A stretch of 64,000 nt of DNA from an uncultured virus (IMG/VR IMGVR_UViG_3300042564_002756) (taxonomy: Duplodnaviria; Heunggongvirae; Uroviricota; Caudoviricetes). Below the pieces are notes generated by a model. The model made no database searches. It saw only the letters and a list, made by a program, of their open reading frames with translations, and was not told where the DNA came from. The DNA is taken from the IMG/VR virus record IMGVR_UViG_3300042564_002756, positions 1 through 64,000 of that record; one strand, 5' to 3'. The translations under genes and the position numbers were made by a program. This document shows, one piece after another, positions 35,695-45,824 of the stretch; the stretch's first letter is position 1, and the number at the start of each line of letters is the position of its first letter.

Positions 35695-37035
35695 ATGAGT
35701 CTATCAAATCGCGATTTAGTTGCAAAGTGGGGCCCAATTCTTGAGCACGCAAACTTCGCACCTATCCAAGATGCCCAAAGAAGATCAACTACTGCAACTA
35801 TCCTCGAGAATACCGAACGCTCTATGCGTGAAGATAGAACATCTGTTTCTATGTCTTCACTTCTAATGGAAACACCAACAATGAATGCTGGTGGTTACGG
35901 TTCAACAGGTTTCAGCTCAGGCGCTGATGCCGGTGGTCCTGTAGCTGGTTATGACCCAGTTCTTATCAGCCTTGTTCGCCGTTCCATGCCAAACCTTATC
36001 GCATACGATATTGCTGGTGTTCAGCCAATGACTGGTCCAACCGGACTTATCTTCGCTATGCGCTCTAAGTATGGCACTGCAAACAGCAACAACGAAGCTT
36101 TCTATAATGAAGCTGATACCGATTATTCAGGTGCTGGTACACATACTACAGACGGCACTGGTTCAGGTTCAACAAATACCGTTGGTTCACCTGCAAGTGC
36201 AAATACTGGTACTGCAATGTCAACCACAACCGCTGAAGCACTTGGTACAACCGGTGGTCAGTTTGCTGAAATGGCTTTCTCAATTGAAAAAGTTGCTGTA
36301 GAAGCTAAGAGCCGTGCGCTTAAAGCAGAATACACCACTGAACTTGCACAAGACTTGAAAGCAGTTCATGGTCTAGACGCTGAAACAGAACTTGCAAACA
36401 TCCTTTCTTCTGAAATCCTTGTTGAAATCAACAGAGAAGTTGTTCGCACAATCTATAACTCAGCAGTTTCAGGTGCTGCAAACACTTCAGCTGTCGGTGT
36501 ATTCGACCTTGACGTAGATGCTAACGGCCGTTGGTCAGTTGAAAAGTTCAAGGGACTTATGTTCCAGATCGAACGTGAAGCTAACCAGATCGCAAAAGAC
36601 ACCAGACGTGGTAAGGGTAACATTGTTATCTGTTCCTCAGACGTTGCTTCTGCTCTTCAGATGGCAGGTGTTCTTGATTATACACCAGCACTTAACTCAA
36701 ATGCACTCAATGTTGACGACACCGGCAACACCTTCGCAGGTGTTCTAAATGGTCGCTTCCGCGTTTACATTGACCCATATGCTGCTAATAACTACCTAGT
36801 TGTTGGTTATAAAGGTTCCTCATCCTTCGACGCAGGTATCTTCTATTGCCCATACGTTCCACTACAGATGGTTCGCGCTATCGGTGAGGACAGCTTCCAG
36901 CCAAAAATCGGCTTCAAAACCCGTTACGGTATGGTTGCTAACCCATTCGCTCAAGGTTCTAGCCAGGGTCTTGGCGCTCTTACCGCAAATACCAACAAGT
37001 ACTACAGAAGAGTTCTTGTTCGCAACCTTCTCTAA
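35695..37035 (+). CDS. gp23: major capsid protein gp23
   Basis: GVQPMTGPTGLIFAMR; SRALKAEY..ELAQDLKAVHGLDAE; YCPYVPL; GFKTRYG. Confidence 0.98.
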   Translation: MSLSNRDLVAKWGPILEHANFAPIQDAQRRSTTATILENTERSMREDRTSVSMSSLLMETPTMNAGGYGSTGFSSGADAGGPVAGYDPVLISLVRRSMPNLIAYDIAGVQPMTGPTGLIFAMRSKYGTANSNNEAFYNEADTDYSGAGTHTTDGTGSGSTNTVGSPASANTGTAMSTTTAEALGTTGGQFAEMAFSIEKVAVEAKSRALKAEYTTELAQDLKAVHGLDAETELANILSSEILVEINREVVRTIYNSAVSGAANTSAVGVFDLDVDANGRWSVEKFKGLMFQIEREANQIAKDTRRGKGNIVICSSDVASALQMAGVLDYTPALNSNALNVDDTGNTFAGVLNGRFRVYIDPYAANNYLVVGYKGSSSFDAGIFYCPYVPLQMVRAIGEDSFQPKIGFKTRYGMVANPFAQGSSQGLGALTANTNKYYRRVLVRNLL

Positions 37036-37036
37036 T

Positions 37037-37068
37037 AAAAATAAAAGGTCCCGGAAACAACCGGGACC
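37037..37068 (-). terminator. intrinsic terminator for minus-strand genes (GGTCCCGG/CCGGGACC)
   Basis: 8-bp stem followed on the minus strand by TTTTATTTTT. Confidence 0.7.
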
Positions 37069-37080
37069 ATCCAATAACTT

Positions 37081-37106
37081 GGCGGATCTTCGGATCCGCC
37101 TTTTTT
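37081..37106 (+). terminator. intrinsic terminator after gp23 (GGCGGATC-TTCG-GATCCGCC-T6)
   Basis: 8-bp stem, UUCG tetraloop, U-tract. Confidence 0.92.
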
Positions 37107-37107
37107 A

Positions 37108-37710
37108 TTATGAAATCAATTCTGCGTTCCAGTGTGAATGATTATGACTAACGGACTTAAAAAATCTGTATGAAGCACCGGAAATTGAAATCCCATAATC
37201 TTCTGCTACATCTGCAATAGACTTATATTCGGTAGATCCGATAAAATATGCATATCGCTTGCCATTTTTAGTATTGATATCTTGTTTCAACAGATCAATT
37301 CCACAGTCTTTATATGCCTTGCGCCAGTGAATACCAGGATTCTTTTTGTTATATTGTTTGAGAAGATTATTTTGTTTTGCCGTGACTTTATGAACTCTTG
37401 AACGACTTTTCAGGAATAAGATAAGAGCTTTTTCACTCCTTTTGGGGTTGGTTTTAATTTCATGGACCAACCTTTTTGCACTTTCAGTTCTTCCATAGAA
37501 GTGTTCTTTTGTTCTTTTATCATATGGTAGTTCAAGTGCTTCTTCTGAAATTAAACCAGTATATACTGAAGGCAGAGAAAAAATAGCATTGCGGATCATT
37601 ATGATCATGTATTTTTCATCGGTTTTATTTTTTGTTTTCTTTGCAAGAAGTTTTGCAAGTTTCACAACAGAATGGAACTCTTGATCTTTTTTGTCGTTTG
37701 ATTTGGTCAT
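37108..37710 (-). CDS. hypothetical basic protein, possible C-terminal HTH
   Basis: ORF with GGAG RBS and own promoter; YKSIADVAEDYGIS. Confidence 0.6.
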   Translation of the reverse strand: MTKSNDKKDQEFHSVVKLAKLLAKKTKNKTDEKYMIIMIRNAIFSLPSVYTGLISEEALELPYDKRTKEHFYGRTESAKRLVHEIKTNPKRSEKALILFLKSRSRVHKVTAKQNNLLKQYNKKNPGIHWRKAYKDCGIDLLKQDINTKNGKRYAYFIGSTEYKSIADVAEDYGISISGASYRFFKSVSHNHSHWNAELIS

Positions 37711-37727
37711 GGTAATTCTCCTCTATA

Positions 37728-37761
37728 GAATCAATATAAACCAACTGTATTCATTTGTAAA
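37728..37761 (-). promoter_or_regulatory. early promoter TTTACA-N17-TATATT followed by GATTC
   Basis: Diverged member of the repeat promoter family. Confidence 0.6.
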
Positions 37762-37772
37762 CAAAAGATTTG

Positions 37773-38300
37773 TCAAGTTGAAAGTAATGTCATGGTCATG
37801 TATCTTGAAAACTCTTCATAACCATGATAGAAATTAAAGATGGGTATGTTACGATCTTTGGCAATCCGAAGAGCTTGTCCAGTTCCACCCCTAGCTTTAC
37901 CATCACGTGTCCAGCATAGAACGAATTCCACGGGTGTTTTCAAATCTTTTCCAAGTACCTGATATGAGTTTCTAGACATAAATTTCCACCCCTCATCTGA
38001 CAAAGCGCTTGGTTTTGGATGGTATTTTTCAACAAGATCGGCATTAAATGATGGTACTATATAACTACCTTCACCATGTAGTTTAGTCAGTGTGTCAATA
38101 TATCTTTTGTTAAATCCATCCCAAGGAAGAAAGATTTGTCTGTTAATAACTGCGCCTCTTTCGAATGCAGTATCAGCGCCATCAGCACCACCAGAGTTAC
38201 AGGTATAGCCAAGAGACGCTAATCTCTTGGCTATTGCAGTCATATACAGGCATATATCTTTGGGTGTTTCCCTAGAACCTATCCCTGCATAGTATTTCAT
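37773..38300 (-). CDS. SLOG/DprA-like nucleotide-binding protein
   Basis: YAGIGSRETP; SGGADGAD.AFE; GGTGQA. Confidence 0.75.
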   Translation of the reverse strand: MKYYAGIGSRETPKDICLYMTAIAKRLASLGYTCNSGGADGADTAFERGAVINRQIFLPWDGFNKRYIDTLTKLHGEGSYIVPSFNADLVEKYHPKPSALSDEGWKFMSRNSYQVLGKDLKTPVEFVLCWTRDGKARGGTGQALRIAKDRNIPIFNFYHGYEEFSRYMTMTLLST

Positions 38301-38551
38301 TGCATCCCTAGCGCAGACTTGTACATTTCTAGAACGGCTTCTTCTTCGGCGATAGAATCTGCATCACGCTTTCGAAGAGCAATCAGCTTTTTCATTACTT
38401 TCGTATCATAGCCCCGACCTTTGGCCTCCTGCATTAGTTCTTTCTTTTGATTTTTAATTTCTTTTTCTTCTGAGTCAAATTGCTCGTGGCGCTCAATAAA
38501 CTGGCGAAGTTCATCTGCTGTTACATTATATGCACTGTTAGTGTCGTTCAT
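38297..38551 (-). CDS. gapR: GapR (DUF2312/UPF0335) nucleoid-associated protein homolog
   Basis: VTADELRQFIER...EAKGRGYDTKVM...LRKR...EEEAVLEMYKSALGM; AAGGAG RBS. Confidence 0.9.
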   Translation of the reverse strand: MNDTNSAYNVTADELRQFIERHEQFDSEEKEIKNQKKELMQEAKGRGYDTKVMKKLIALRKRDADSIAEEEAVLEMYKSALGMQ

Positions 38552-38561
38552 GTTAGTCTCC

Positions 38562-39725
38562 TTAATTTCCAATTGTAGATGATTCATAAATTCGATTATG
38601 AGTTTCAGTGCAACGGATAAATGTTGCACATTTTGAAAGATATTTCAGTTTTGATGCTCCTGCATATGTGCATGTTGACCGGACTCCACCAAGAATATCC
38701 TGTATGGTTATATTAACATCACCTTTGTATTTTGTCAATACAGTCCTACCTTCAGATGAACGATAATCTTTCAGTCCGCCAAAGTGTTTATCATTGGCGG
38801 ATTTTGAACTCATCCCGTAAAACTTAACAAACTGTTTTTCTTCAATTTTATAATCTTGTATCAAAAACCCTGCATCATCTTTTGCATATGAGTTTATCTC
38901 ATTTGTTTTATAGTATTTGGTAATTACTTCTCCGCCGCCCTGATCATGACCTGCAAGCATCCCACCGAGCATTACAAAATCTGCACCAGCAGCAAATGCT
39001 TTGGCTACATCCCCAGGTGTAGAACACCCACCATCAGCGATAATGTGACCGCCGAGACCATGAGCAGCATCAGCACACTCGATGACTGCGGATAGTTGCG
39101 GAAAACCCACGCCGGTCTGGATACGAGTCGTACAAACCGACCCAGGGCCAATCCCAACTTTAATGATGTCTGCTCCAGCAAGAATAAGTTCCTCCGTCAT
39201 TTCTCCAGTAACAACATTACCAGCGATGATTACAAGTTCGGGATATCTTTCACGAATGTTACGAACATGTGTTACAAATGTTTCTGTATAACCATTTGCA
39301 ACATCAATACATAGATACTTCAGTCTTTCACTTAGTGAAAGATATACTTTGCAAAATTTATCATAATCTGAATTACTGATACCGATACTCATTGCAACAT
39401 GATCAGTACGGTAGCGATCACCTGTGTCATAGTTAAAGTAGGTAATCAGCTCCTCTACGGGATATGTCTTGACCAAACAGGTGAATAGCCCCTGACGTGC
39501 CAGCGTATCAGCCATCTCAAAAGTTCCAACACCATCCATATTGGCAGCCATAATAGGAACACCACGGTAATGCCAATCTTCAAAACTATCAGAAAAATTG
39601 GGTTTATAATTACGGAATGTAAATTTGCGTTCTAAATCTACTTCTGCTCGACTACCAAGAGTACTTCGCTTTGGCCGAATAAGTACTGAATTATAATCCA
39701 ATTTAATTTCATTATCAATTCTCAT
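38562..39725 (-). CDS. guaC: GMP reductase
   Basis: [46 protein letters not shown]. Confidence 0.93.
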   Translation of the reverse strand: MRIDNEIKLDYNSVLIRPKRSTLGSRAEVDLERKFTFRNYKPNFSDSFEDWHYRGVPIMAANMDGVGTFEMADTLARQGLFTCLVKTYPVEELITYFNYDTGDRYRTDHVAMSIGISNSDYDKFCKVYLSLSERLKYLCIDVANGYTETFVTHVRNIRERYPELVIIAGNVVTGEMTEELILAGADIIKVGIGPGSVCTTRIQTGVGFPQLSAVIECADAAHGLGGHIIADGGCSTPGDVAKAFAAGADFVMLGGMLAGHDQGGGEVITKYYKTNEINSYAKDDAGFLIQDYKIEEKQFVKFYGMSSKSANDKHFGGLKDYRSSEGRTVLTKYKGDVNITIQDILGGVRSTCTYAGASKLKYLSKCATFIRCTETHNRIYESSTIGN

Positions 39726-39891
39726 TATTGTTCGAGAGCTCCTTTAATCTAATTGTGGCAGATATTGCAGCGTCTAATTCACCTGGTGTCTCTGACATAA
39801 AGACACAATCCCAGAGTTCATTAAATGAAACACCGCTGAAGTATGCATTTCCGATTGCACTACCAATATAATTATAATCAGTAATCTTCAC
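39715..39891 (-). CDS. small hypothetical protein (58 aa, GTG start)
   Basis: Own translation; GTGA overlap with the upstream ORF; fills the gap. Confidence 0.5.
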   Translation of the reverse strand: MKITDYNYIGSAIGNAYFSGVSFNELWDCVFMSETPGELDAAISATIRLKELSNNNEN

Positions 39892-40040
39892 TTTCGTTCC
39901 TCTGCAATTCGGATCAATTCGGCGAGTAATAGCAATCCTGCAGTTATATGTGCTGCAATAAAACCAAATGCAAGACCACCAAATGCAATCACTCTAAGTG
40001 TACTTTTAGTGTAAGATAGATATAATCTATAATCTTTCAT
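39888..40040 (-). CDS. small membrane protein (50 aa)
   Basis: Own translation; ATGA overlap; hydrophobic. Confidence 0.55.
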   Translation of the reverse strand: MKDYRLYLSYTKSTLRVIAFGGLAFGFIAAHITAGLLLLAELIRIAEERK

Positions 40041-40480
40041 CTGTGTAGCGGAAACCTTTTCAGCAGAACAGTTGCAATCTCGTCCTTTTCCTTATTTGGA
40101 ACAAAGATATATGCACAGGTATCCAGCGGAATGTGATGGACTACTTCACCATCAACAATTGGATATGTAGGATCGTGCACGACACCAGCCACATAGCCCA
40201 TAGCATTAAAAATGGAGACTACAGGGATAATATCAGCCATTCTGGCTTCGAGGGCCAGGACGGTTCCGAACCCCTGAGTGGTTGACTGTTCCCACTCGTT
40301 GAACCCGTTCATGGTAGCCGTTTGAATACTTTCATGAACTGATTTGGAATTGTATTCTTGTGCATAACCATTGAAATGATAAACAAATGCATTTGCAGCA
40401 TGTGAACCTTGTGCAATTGCTTTGCCTGAATTAAGAGAGTTCAAGTCATTTCTCATCATGATGTACAGAACTGCTGTCAT
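40037..40480 (-). CDS. peptidyl-tRNA hydrolase PTH2-like protein
   Basis: YIMMRNDL...GKAIAQGSHAA. Confidence 0.7.
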   Translation of the reverse strand: MTAVLYIMMRNDLNSLNSGKAIAQGSHAANAFVYHFNGYAQEYNSKSVHESIQTATMNGFNEWEQSTTQGFGTVLALEARMADIIPVVSIFNAMGYVAGVVHDPTYPIVDGEVVHHIPLDTCAYIFVPNKEKDEIATVLLKRFPLHR

Positions 40481-40844
40481 TTTTACTTGCTCCCATTAAA
40501 TTAGTAAGAAGGTGAATTACCGAATGTGTTGCTGCAACCCACGCAAACCCCACAAAACCGATAAGATAGATATGGTAAGATGATACCATGTAAAGGAGTG
40601 AAATTAAAACATTAATTCCGGCTGTATTTGCAACGATTACTTTTGACGCTGGCGGTGTTAATCCAAAACCAGAAAATGCAACACTAGCTCCTAGTGTTTG
40701 AATTGCAATTACTATACAGATCATTGCCATTACAATATAGAAAGGCCAAATAACTGCAAGTTGTTGAAATGCAAACACTGCACATAATTGAATAGTAGCA
40801 TTCAGATAAAAGAATACCTGTGAGTTTTGTTTTTGTTCTTCCAT
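40446..40844 (-). CDS. hypothetical membrane protein
   Basis: Several hydrophobic segments. Confidence 0.65.
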   Translation of the reverse strand: MEEQKQNSQVFFYLNATIQLCAVFAFQQLAVIWPFYIVMAMICIVIAIQTLGASVAFSGFGLTPPASKVIVANTAGINVLISLLYMVSSYHIYLIGFVGFAWVAATHSVIHLLTNLMGASKNDSSSVHHDEK

Positions 40845-40872
40845 TTATTTTCTTTCTGGTAGAGAAGCGGCA

Positions 40873-41829
40873 TCAAGCCGCTTCTGCCATATCAACTGCA
40901 AGTTTCAGGGCATTGACCTTACGCTTTGCGTTACCACCGAACCAAGCGGAAGTCAGACGAGTATCTGCGGACCGACCAAGTTCGTGGTCCGTCATATAAG
41001 TTACGGCATTGAACATATTCCAGAAGGTGCCGGGACGAAACTCTGCGCCGGGCTGGTTTTCAACAAGTGCCAGAGCTTCCTCTGCGGTCCGAGAAAGTTC
41101 CTTGTCGTCCTTAGTCGACCGACCGAACACCTCACCGAAGTAAGTTTCCAGATCGGACTTCATGTAGGTCTTGGAACCAAGGAACTCTGCAGCATCCTTG
41201 AACTTTTCAACCTTGCGGTGAGACAAACCGAGAATTTCTTTGACACGTTCGGCATCAAACTGCGACCGGTGGTTGACACGAACCGATGGTTGGCCTTTTT
41301 CATTCAATGCAACAGCAATGGTGTTATTGCAGACCACCCGAGTCAAAACAAACTTCACGTCAATCGAGTTGCCGTAGAGGTGTGGGTTGGAGAACAACAG
41401 GTAACCTTTGACTTCATCACCACCAAAGAGAGTGAAACCATCACGGACATCAGCAAGAGCCCAGACAATTTTTCCGCCTTTCAGTGAACCGGCAGTATCC
41501 ATTGCCATGTCACCTTTATGAACAAAATCAGTAAAGAAGTCAAAAGCATCTTTGTTTTGGACGGGGTTCCAACCCTTGCCGACTTGTGTCAGGATCTTTC
41601 CGTCAGAGTCACGAATAAGTGCCTGCATACCGGTTTTGACTTTCTTGTCATTAAACTCGAAGAAAGTGTCGACCTTGCTGACGGTCCAGTCCAGACCAGC
41701 AGCTTTCATCATTTCGTCGGGGGTCATGTCATCGCCGACGGCGACACCCAGTCCGTGCCAGGGGAGACCTGCGGACTTGCGGTATGCCATTTGAGCTTGA
41801 CCGTTGATCATTTCGAGTTCGTGTGCCAT
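40873..41829 (-). CDS. DUF932/DUF945 family protein
   Basis: MAHE...PWHGLG; AGLDWTV; TAGSL.GG; RVVCNNT; NAVTY.TDH. Confidence 0.88.
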   Translation of the reverse strand: MAHELEMINGQAQMAYRKSAGLPWHGLGVAVGDDMTPDEMMKAAGLDWTVSKVDTFFEFNDKKVKTGMQALIRDSDGKILTQVGKGWNPVQNKDAFDFFTDFVHKGDMAMDTAGSLKGGKIVWALADVRDGFTLFGGDEVKGYLLFSNPHLYGNSIDVKFVLTRVVCNNTIAVALNEKGQPSVRVNHRSQFDAERVKEILGLSHRKVEKFKDAAEFLGSKTYMKSDLETYFGEVFGRSTKDDKELSRTAEEALALVENQPGAEFRPGTFWNMFNAVTYMTDHELGRSADTRLTSAWFGGNAKRKVNALKLAVDMAEAA

Positions 41830-41873
41830 GGTATAGTTCCTTTCGGTGTGTGTCTGTATCGGTTTATAGTTTG

Positions 41874-41902
41874 AATATAAACCGATTCTCCTGATATGTC
41901 AA
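41874..41902 (-). promoter_or_regulatory. early promoter TTGACA-N17-TATATT with GANTC in the spacer
   Basis: Hexamers and spacing seen directly. Confidence 0.75.
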
Positions 41903-41919
41903 CCATTATTTTGAAAAGA

Positions 41920-42480
41920 TTAATTACCTAGTTTCATAGGTTCTTCAAGTCCAGTCTCGAATGCGCCGTCTGCCCGCGCAGTTGAAACAATTTTATATTC
42001 TGCAAGATCAATACGAGGATAACCAGCCACCCCTAACCAAGTCCCTTGCCAGAAACTACCTAGGGATGTCTCATATACCCTTTTCTGGTCTGTGAGTTTG
42101 GTCTGTGCTGTCGTGAACTCGTTGCGTCCAGCTTCAATCATTCGCTGTAGTTGAACATATACAGTCGAGTCAATGGTTGGATTTTGTTCTTGAATCCACT
42201 GGAATACAGCCTGTGAACCATTTTCACCATATCGGCCCTCAAGAGCAGCGGTAACCACAGCAGATAGATCATCTCGCTGCATTGCAGGAACTTGAGCAGC
42301 TTCAGCGATCTTGTTGCCGTATTGCGCAAGAATATTTCTGTTATTCTCATACGTTGCTTTGATACTTTGTTCAAGACGGTTACCAGTGTTATATGCACTA
42401 ATGTAACTTCCGACACCAAGTGTAACTGCACCGCCGACGGTGACGGCAAGCACAACAGCGATAATAGTTCCAGTATTCAT
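41920..42480 (-). CDS. LemA-like membrane-anchored protein
   Basis: N-terminal TM, YN..NRLE, LQRMIEAGRNEF. Confidence 0.55.
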   Translation of the reverse strand: MNTGTIIAVVLAVTVGGAVTLGVGSYISAYNTGNRLEQSIKATYENNRNILAQYGNKIAEAAQVPAMQRDDLSAVVTAALEGRYGENGSQAVFQWIQEQNPTIDSTVYVQLQRMIEAGRNEFTTAQTKLTDQKRVYETSLGSFWQGTWLGVAGYPRIDLAEYKIVSTARADGAFETGLEEPMKLGN

Positions 42481-42494
42481 TTTCAGTTTTCTCC

Positions 42495-43595
42495 TTAAAA
42501 CCTGTTAGTTGGACGTGAGAAGTAATATGTAACCAATGGACTGATTACCAAGAGGATAATTGCAGCAATGATATACAGCCATGTTGGAGGTGGGATATCT
42601 TCTGCTAGATACTCGAAGTTGTCCATTGATTCTTCATCATAGTATTCCATTACTGAGAATTTGATAATATCATTGATTCGAGTTTTGTCAATAGTTTTTA
42701 AGTTCATAACTTCATCACGGATTGTAATATTCACCAGATCATTTTTGCTCCAGCTACGAACATCAACCCATTTAATGTTTTCACCATCAGCACCAATTAC
42801 AACAATCAAGTCATTAATATTATGTGCATCCCATGCTTGTGCTAGTCTTTCCGCCCAATCTGGATTTTGATTAGTAACAGCAATAATTGCGTTTGCTCCA
42901 GTTTTCCGAATGTCAGAGTTCACCTTTGCAAGTTCTTCATTCCATTTGTTTACAAAATCTGCGCTTGCGGGAATACCGAAATAGATTACTCTCCGAGCGT
43001 TATAGTAATCATAGATATCAGGATATGCAATTGGTGGCACATCTTCATACTTCTGGTTAAAGAGAGTACTCGACGCACCTTTAATGTAATTGGTATATGA
43101 TACGGATTGTGTTACTGGATCACCTACTTTAATTGAAGAAAATCGGGGCGGTGCTGTAGCGCCCTGTCGATCAACTCTACTAATTTCGTGTTCGGAAATT
43201 TCAGTTTTTACAAAATATTTAATTTCCCACGGATAAATTGAACGATATTGTGTCTTGTACTTTGGTGCACAGGTCCGGATTTTATTCACAGTAGTACACG
43301 TTTGTCCATTTCGAACTGATCTAGTGGTTTCATTTGTGCAGAAACTATCGGAATAGTCGCTCCAATTCTGATTACAAGATTCTTTTCTTGCATTCAATTT
43401 TGTCACAACACCATTAACCAATTTTTCGTCGACTGTCTGATAGTGACTTGATGCCATGACAAGAATACTCAATACCCCTGCAGTAATAGCAGCTTGAATA
43501 CCCATTTCAGACCATGAAAATTCATGTCGGAAAATAATCTTTCCAATAATAATCCAAGCAATTAAAGGGATGATAAAAAGAAATGTAATATACAT
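42495..43595 (-). CDS. membrane protein with periplasmic (TPM-like) domain
   Basis: Two N-terminal TMs and one C-terminal TM; Cys-rich loop. Confidence 0.55.
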   Translation of the reverse strand: MYITFLFIIPLIAWIIIGKIIFRHEFSWSEMGIQAAITAGVLSILVMASSHYQTVDEKLVNGVVTKLNARKESCNQNWSDYSDSFCTNETTRSVRNGQTCTTVNKIRTCAPKYKTQYRSIYPWEIKYFVKTEISEHEISRVDRQGATAPPRFSSIKVGDPVTQSVSYTNYIKGASSTLFNQKYEDVPPIAYPDIYDYYNARRVIYFGIPASADFVNKWNEELAKVNSDIRKTGANAIIAVTNQNPDWAERLAQAWDAHNINDLIVVIGADGENIKWVDVRSWSKNDLVNITIRDEVMNLKTIDKTRINDIIKFSVMEYYDEESMDNFEYLAEDIPPPTWLYIIAAIILLVISPLVTYYFSRPTNRF

Positions 43596-43894
43596 CAGTG
43601 AATGGCCTCCGAGATCATTGGTATAAGGTCAATTAGTTCATGAATATATTCTTTATAACCAGATTTAATTACATCCACGATATTTACATATTTGGTGTTT
43701 GTTTCGATGCAAATCACACCATATGTTTTATCTTTTTTTGGAAAATATTTTTCGATATAGTATTCTGCATCTTCTTCAGAATCAAAACCAGGTGCTTTGA
43801 TGATCGGAAAAACATTATGTTTAGCAAAGATAAAAATACCCTGGTAAACACCAAGAAATAGACCGAGTTCTTTTTCTACTACAAGATATCTCAT
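43595..43894 (-). CDS. hypothetical protein
   Basis: Coupled ORF. Confidence 0.6.
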   Translation of the reverse strand: MRYLVVEKELGLFLGVYQGIFIFAKHNVFPIIKAPGFDSEEDAEYYIEKYFPKKDKTYGVICIETNTKYVNIVDVIKSGYKEYIHELIDLIPMISEAIH

Positions 43895-44649
43895 GCGAGA
43901 AGTTTTACACCTCCCTGAGGCCCATCGTGAACTTCGCGGTTAAACCGAACAGATTCTGCAGCCTTTTTACCAGCTTCAAAGGCAGAACCTCTACGGAAGG
44001 TCACACCTCCGCCACCACCTTTTCCAAGATTAGCAGTCACATCATTCTTGAAGGAAGTTTCAACAAGTTGCTTTTTCAAAACAACAAGCGATTTCCCGTT
44101 TGACTCGTCAATGTTTACCTTTTTCATATCAATCAGTCGATCACGGAGACGAATTGACATGCCGAGCTGAAATGTCGTCCGAGCTTTTGCCCGAGCACCT
44201 GCCGGCACAGTCCTAGAAAACTTTTTCCATTCCAATTCAACTGCAGCATCACAGATCTTGTAGATATATTCCGCAAGTTCAACATCGACTGAGTAACCGT
44301 AGAACATGATGTTTGATGTATACTTAGGTTTGGTATTTTTCTTGCCCATCTTGAAACCGTCGAACCCCTTCGAGTTCCAGACTTTGGTATCGGTGTAGGC
44401 TGCAATAGCAGAAGCAACAAATTTGTCAACCACCGAAAGGTTCTTTGAACCTTCATTGACATGTCGTTTGGAAAAATCACGAGCCGCTGCATTATTCTCT
44501 TTGATGTCTGCAAGTGTGACACCGTGTTCAGCCATAAGTTTGGATGCAATCGTCATTGCCGAAGCAGCTTCTGCTTCAGATGCACCGTTTGCCTCGGTCT
44601 TTTTCATGAGAGCAGAGATTTTGGCGCGAATCTTATCAACGTTAGACAT
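43891..44649 (-). CDS. DUF2786-domain protein
   Basis: KIRAKISALM...ASEAEAASAM..ASKLM; AAAGGA RBS. Confidence 0.75.
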   Translation of the reverse strand: MSNVDKIRAKISALMKKTEANGASEAEAASAMTIASKLMAEHGVTLADIKENNAAARDFSKRHVNEGSKNLSVVDKFVASAIAAYTDTKVWNSKGFDGFKMGKKNTKPKYTSNIMFYGYSVDVELAEYIYKICDAAVELEWKKFSRTVPAGARAKARTTFQLGMSIRLRDRLIDMKKVNIDESNGKSLVVLKKQLVETSFKNDVTANLGKGGGGGVTFRRGSAFEAGKKAAESVRFNREVHDGPQGGVKLLA

Positions 44650-44677
44650 GTCAGTTCCTTTCATACCTTATATTTTG

Positions 44678-44706
44678 AGTATAAACTGATTCTATTGTCG
44701 TGTCAA
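44678..44706 (-). promoter_or_regulatory. early promoter TTGACA-N17-TATACT with GANTC in the spacer
   Basis: Hexamers and spacing seen directly. Confidence 0.8.
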
Positions 44707-45098
44707 CTAGAAAAAAGTGAAAGTACACCAAGAATTACAAATATCCAAAAAAACCACACCCACATTGGAGTTTTTCCATGGACATTTGGAATTACAGTAT
44801 TTGTCACTTTTGTAACTACAGTTAAATTTGGATTCACTGTACTTTGTATACTATAACAGTTTTTACATGACCAAACTGTCTTTTTTCTGCTATATGTTCT
44901 TTGTCCGCTATTAAAACCTGCTCTATTTATTGCTCGTTGCGATGCTTTATCACCAAGTCCAGAACCTAAATATGTCCAGCCAGATACTGTTGCCTGGCTT
45001 TTACCTGTTTCTTCGTAGATTTCTTCTTTATTCATTAGTGGTTGTGCTCTCTTAGCGCCACACTTATGACAAGTTTTATTTGCATATTTTACTGTCAT
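44703..45098 (-). CDS. hypothetical Zn-ribbon protein with C-terminal TM
   Basis: CHKC...CKNC; hydrophobic tail. Confidence 0.6.
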   Translation of the reverse strand: MTVKYANKTCHKCGAKRAQPLMNKEEIYEETGKSQATVSGWTYLGSGLGDKASQRAINRAGFNSGQRTYSRKKTVWSCKNCYSIQSTVNPNLTVVTKVTNTVIPNVHGKTPMWVWFFWIFVILGVLSLFSS

Positions 45099-45667
45099 TA
45101 TACAGCTTCCTTTACTTTGAACCAATCGGGAATTGGCCGCTTGGTCCAAGCCATTCGGAACCGTTCTTGTTTCGTTTGATAGAATGCACGATAAGAACCA
45201 ACAACATCATTTGGATTCATACATTCTGGATTTGATTTCATTGCAAGCGGTTTGTTTGTAAGATATCCAACGGGAATATTCCGAGGAAGTTGCTTCAATC
45301 TATCACGGAGAAGTTTATCGGTGGAATGAATTTTACCATACCTATAAGTATATTCATCACAGAGAGCAGTAAAATGAATCCAATGCCATGTGTAATTATT
45401 ATTGGACTTCATGGTCCACACCGTGCAGGGATGATAAATATGCACAGCTTTGTAAAGAACTTGTTCCATATCTGAATCAGGATGGATCCATTTCTTTGAA
45501 ATACGTTTTCCAGAATTTGAAGGCCCAGTAGTTGCAGTACCATCCAGCATTCTATGTGCGGTGGAAAGCATTTGTGCGCTTTCCACTACCATTTTGCCAC
45601 CAGCATGCTTGTTACAAAGCAGCTGAGCAGCTTTTACAGGATCTTTATCCAACACAAAGATATTCAT
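45098..45667 (-). CDS. pyrimidine-dimer DNA glycosylase-like (DenV-related) protein
   Basis: MNIFVLD..P..AA...C.KH..KM..ESAQML.TAH; HPC..W; EYTYRYGK.H. Confidence 0.7.
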   Translation of the reverse strand: MNIFVLDKDPVKAAQLLCNKHAGGKMVVESAQMLSTAHRMLDGTATTGPSNSGKRISKKWIHPDSDMEQVLYKAVHIYHPCTVWTMKSNNNYTWHWIHFTALCDEYTYRYGKIHSTDKLLRDRLKQLPRNIPVGYLTNKPLAMKSNPECMNPNDVVGSYRAFYQTKQERFRMAWTKRPIPDWFKVKEAV

Positions 45668-45822
45668 TTCTTCAGTTTTCCCAGCAGTTCCAATTCATAT
45701 TCTTTGGCAAGTTGACTGGCAAGAAAAAGAAGTTCTCCGGAGACTTCGTGAATTGAAAGTTCCTCGTGAAAAATTTTATGAACGATTTTTTTTAATTCTT
45801 CTGAAATTGTATACTTATCCAT
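45664..45822 (-). CDS. small hypothetical protein (52 aa)
   Basis: Own translation MDKYTISEELKK...; ATGA overlap with the next gene. Confidence 0.55.
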   Translation of the reverse strand: MDKYTISEELKKIVHKIFHEELSIHEVSGELLFLASQLAKEYELELLGKLKK

Positions 45823-45824
45823 GG

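Noticed and set aside
40863..40885. Hairpin AGAAGCGGC/GCCGCTTCT at the end of the DUF932 gene
   Set aside because: No U-tract, so not called as a terminator; may be a stability element
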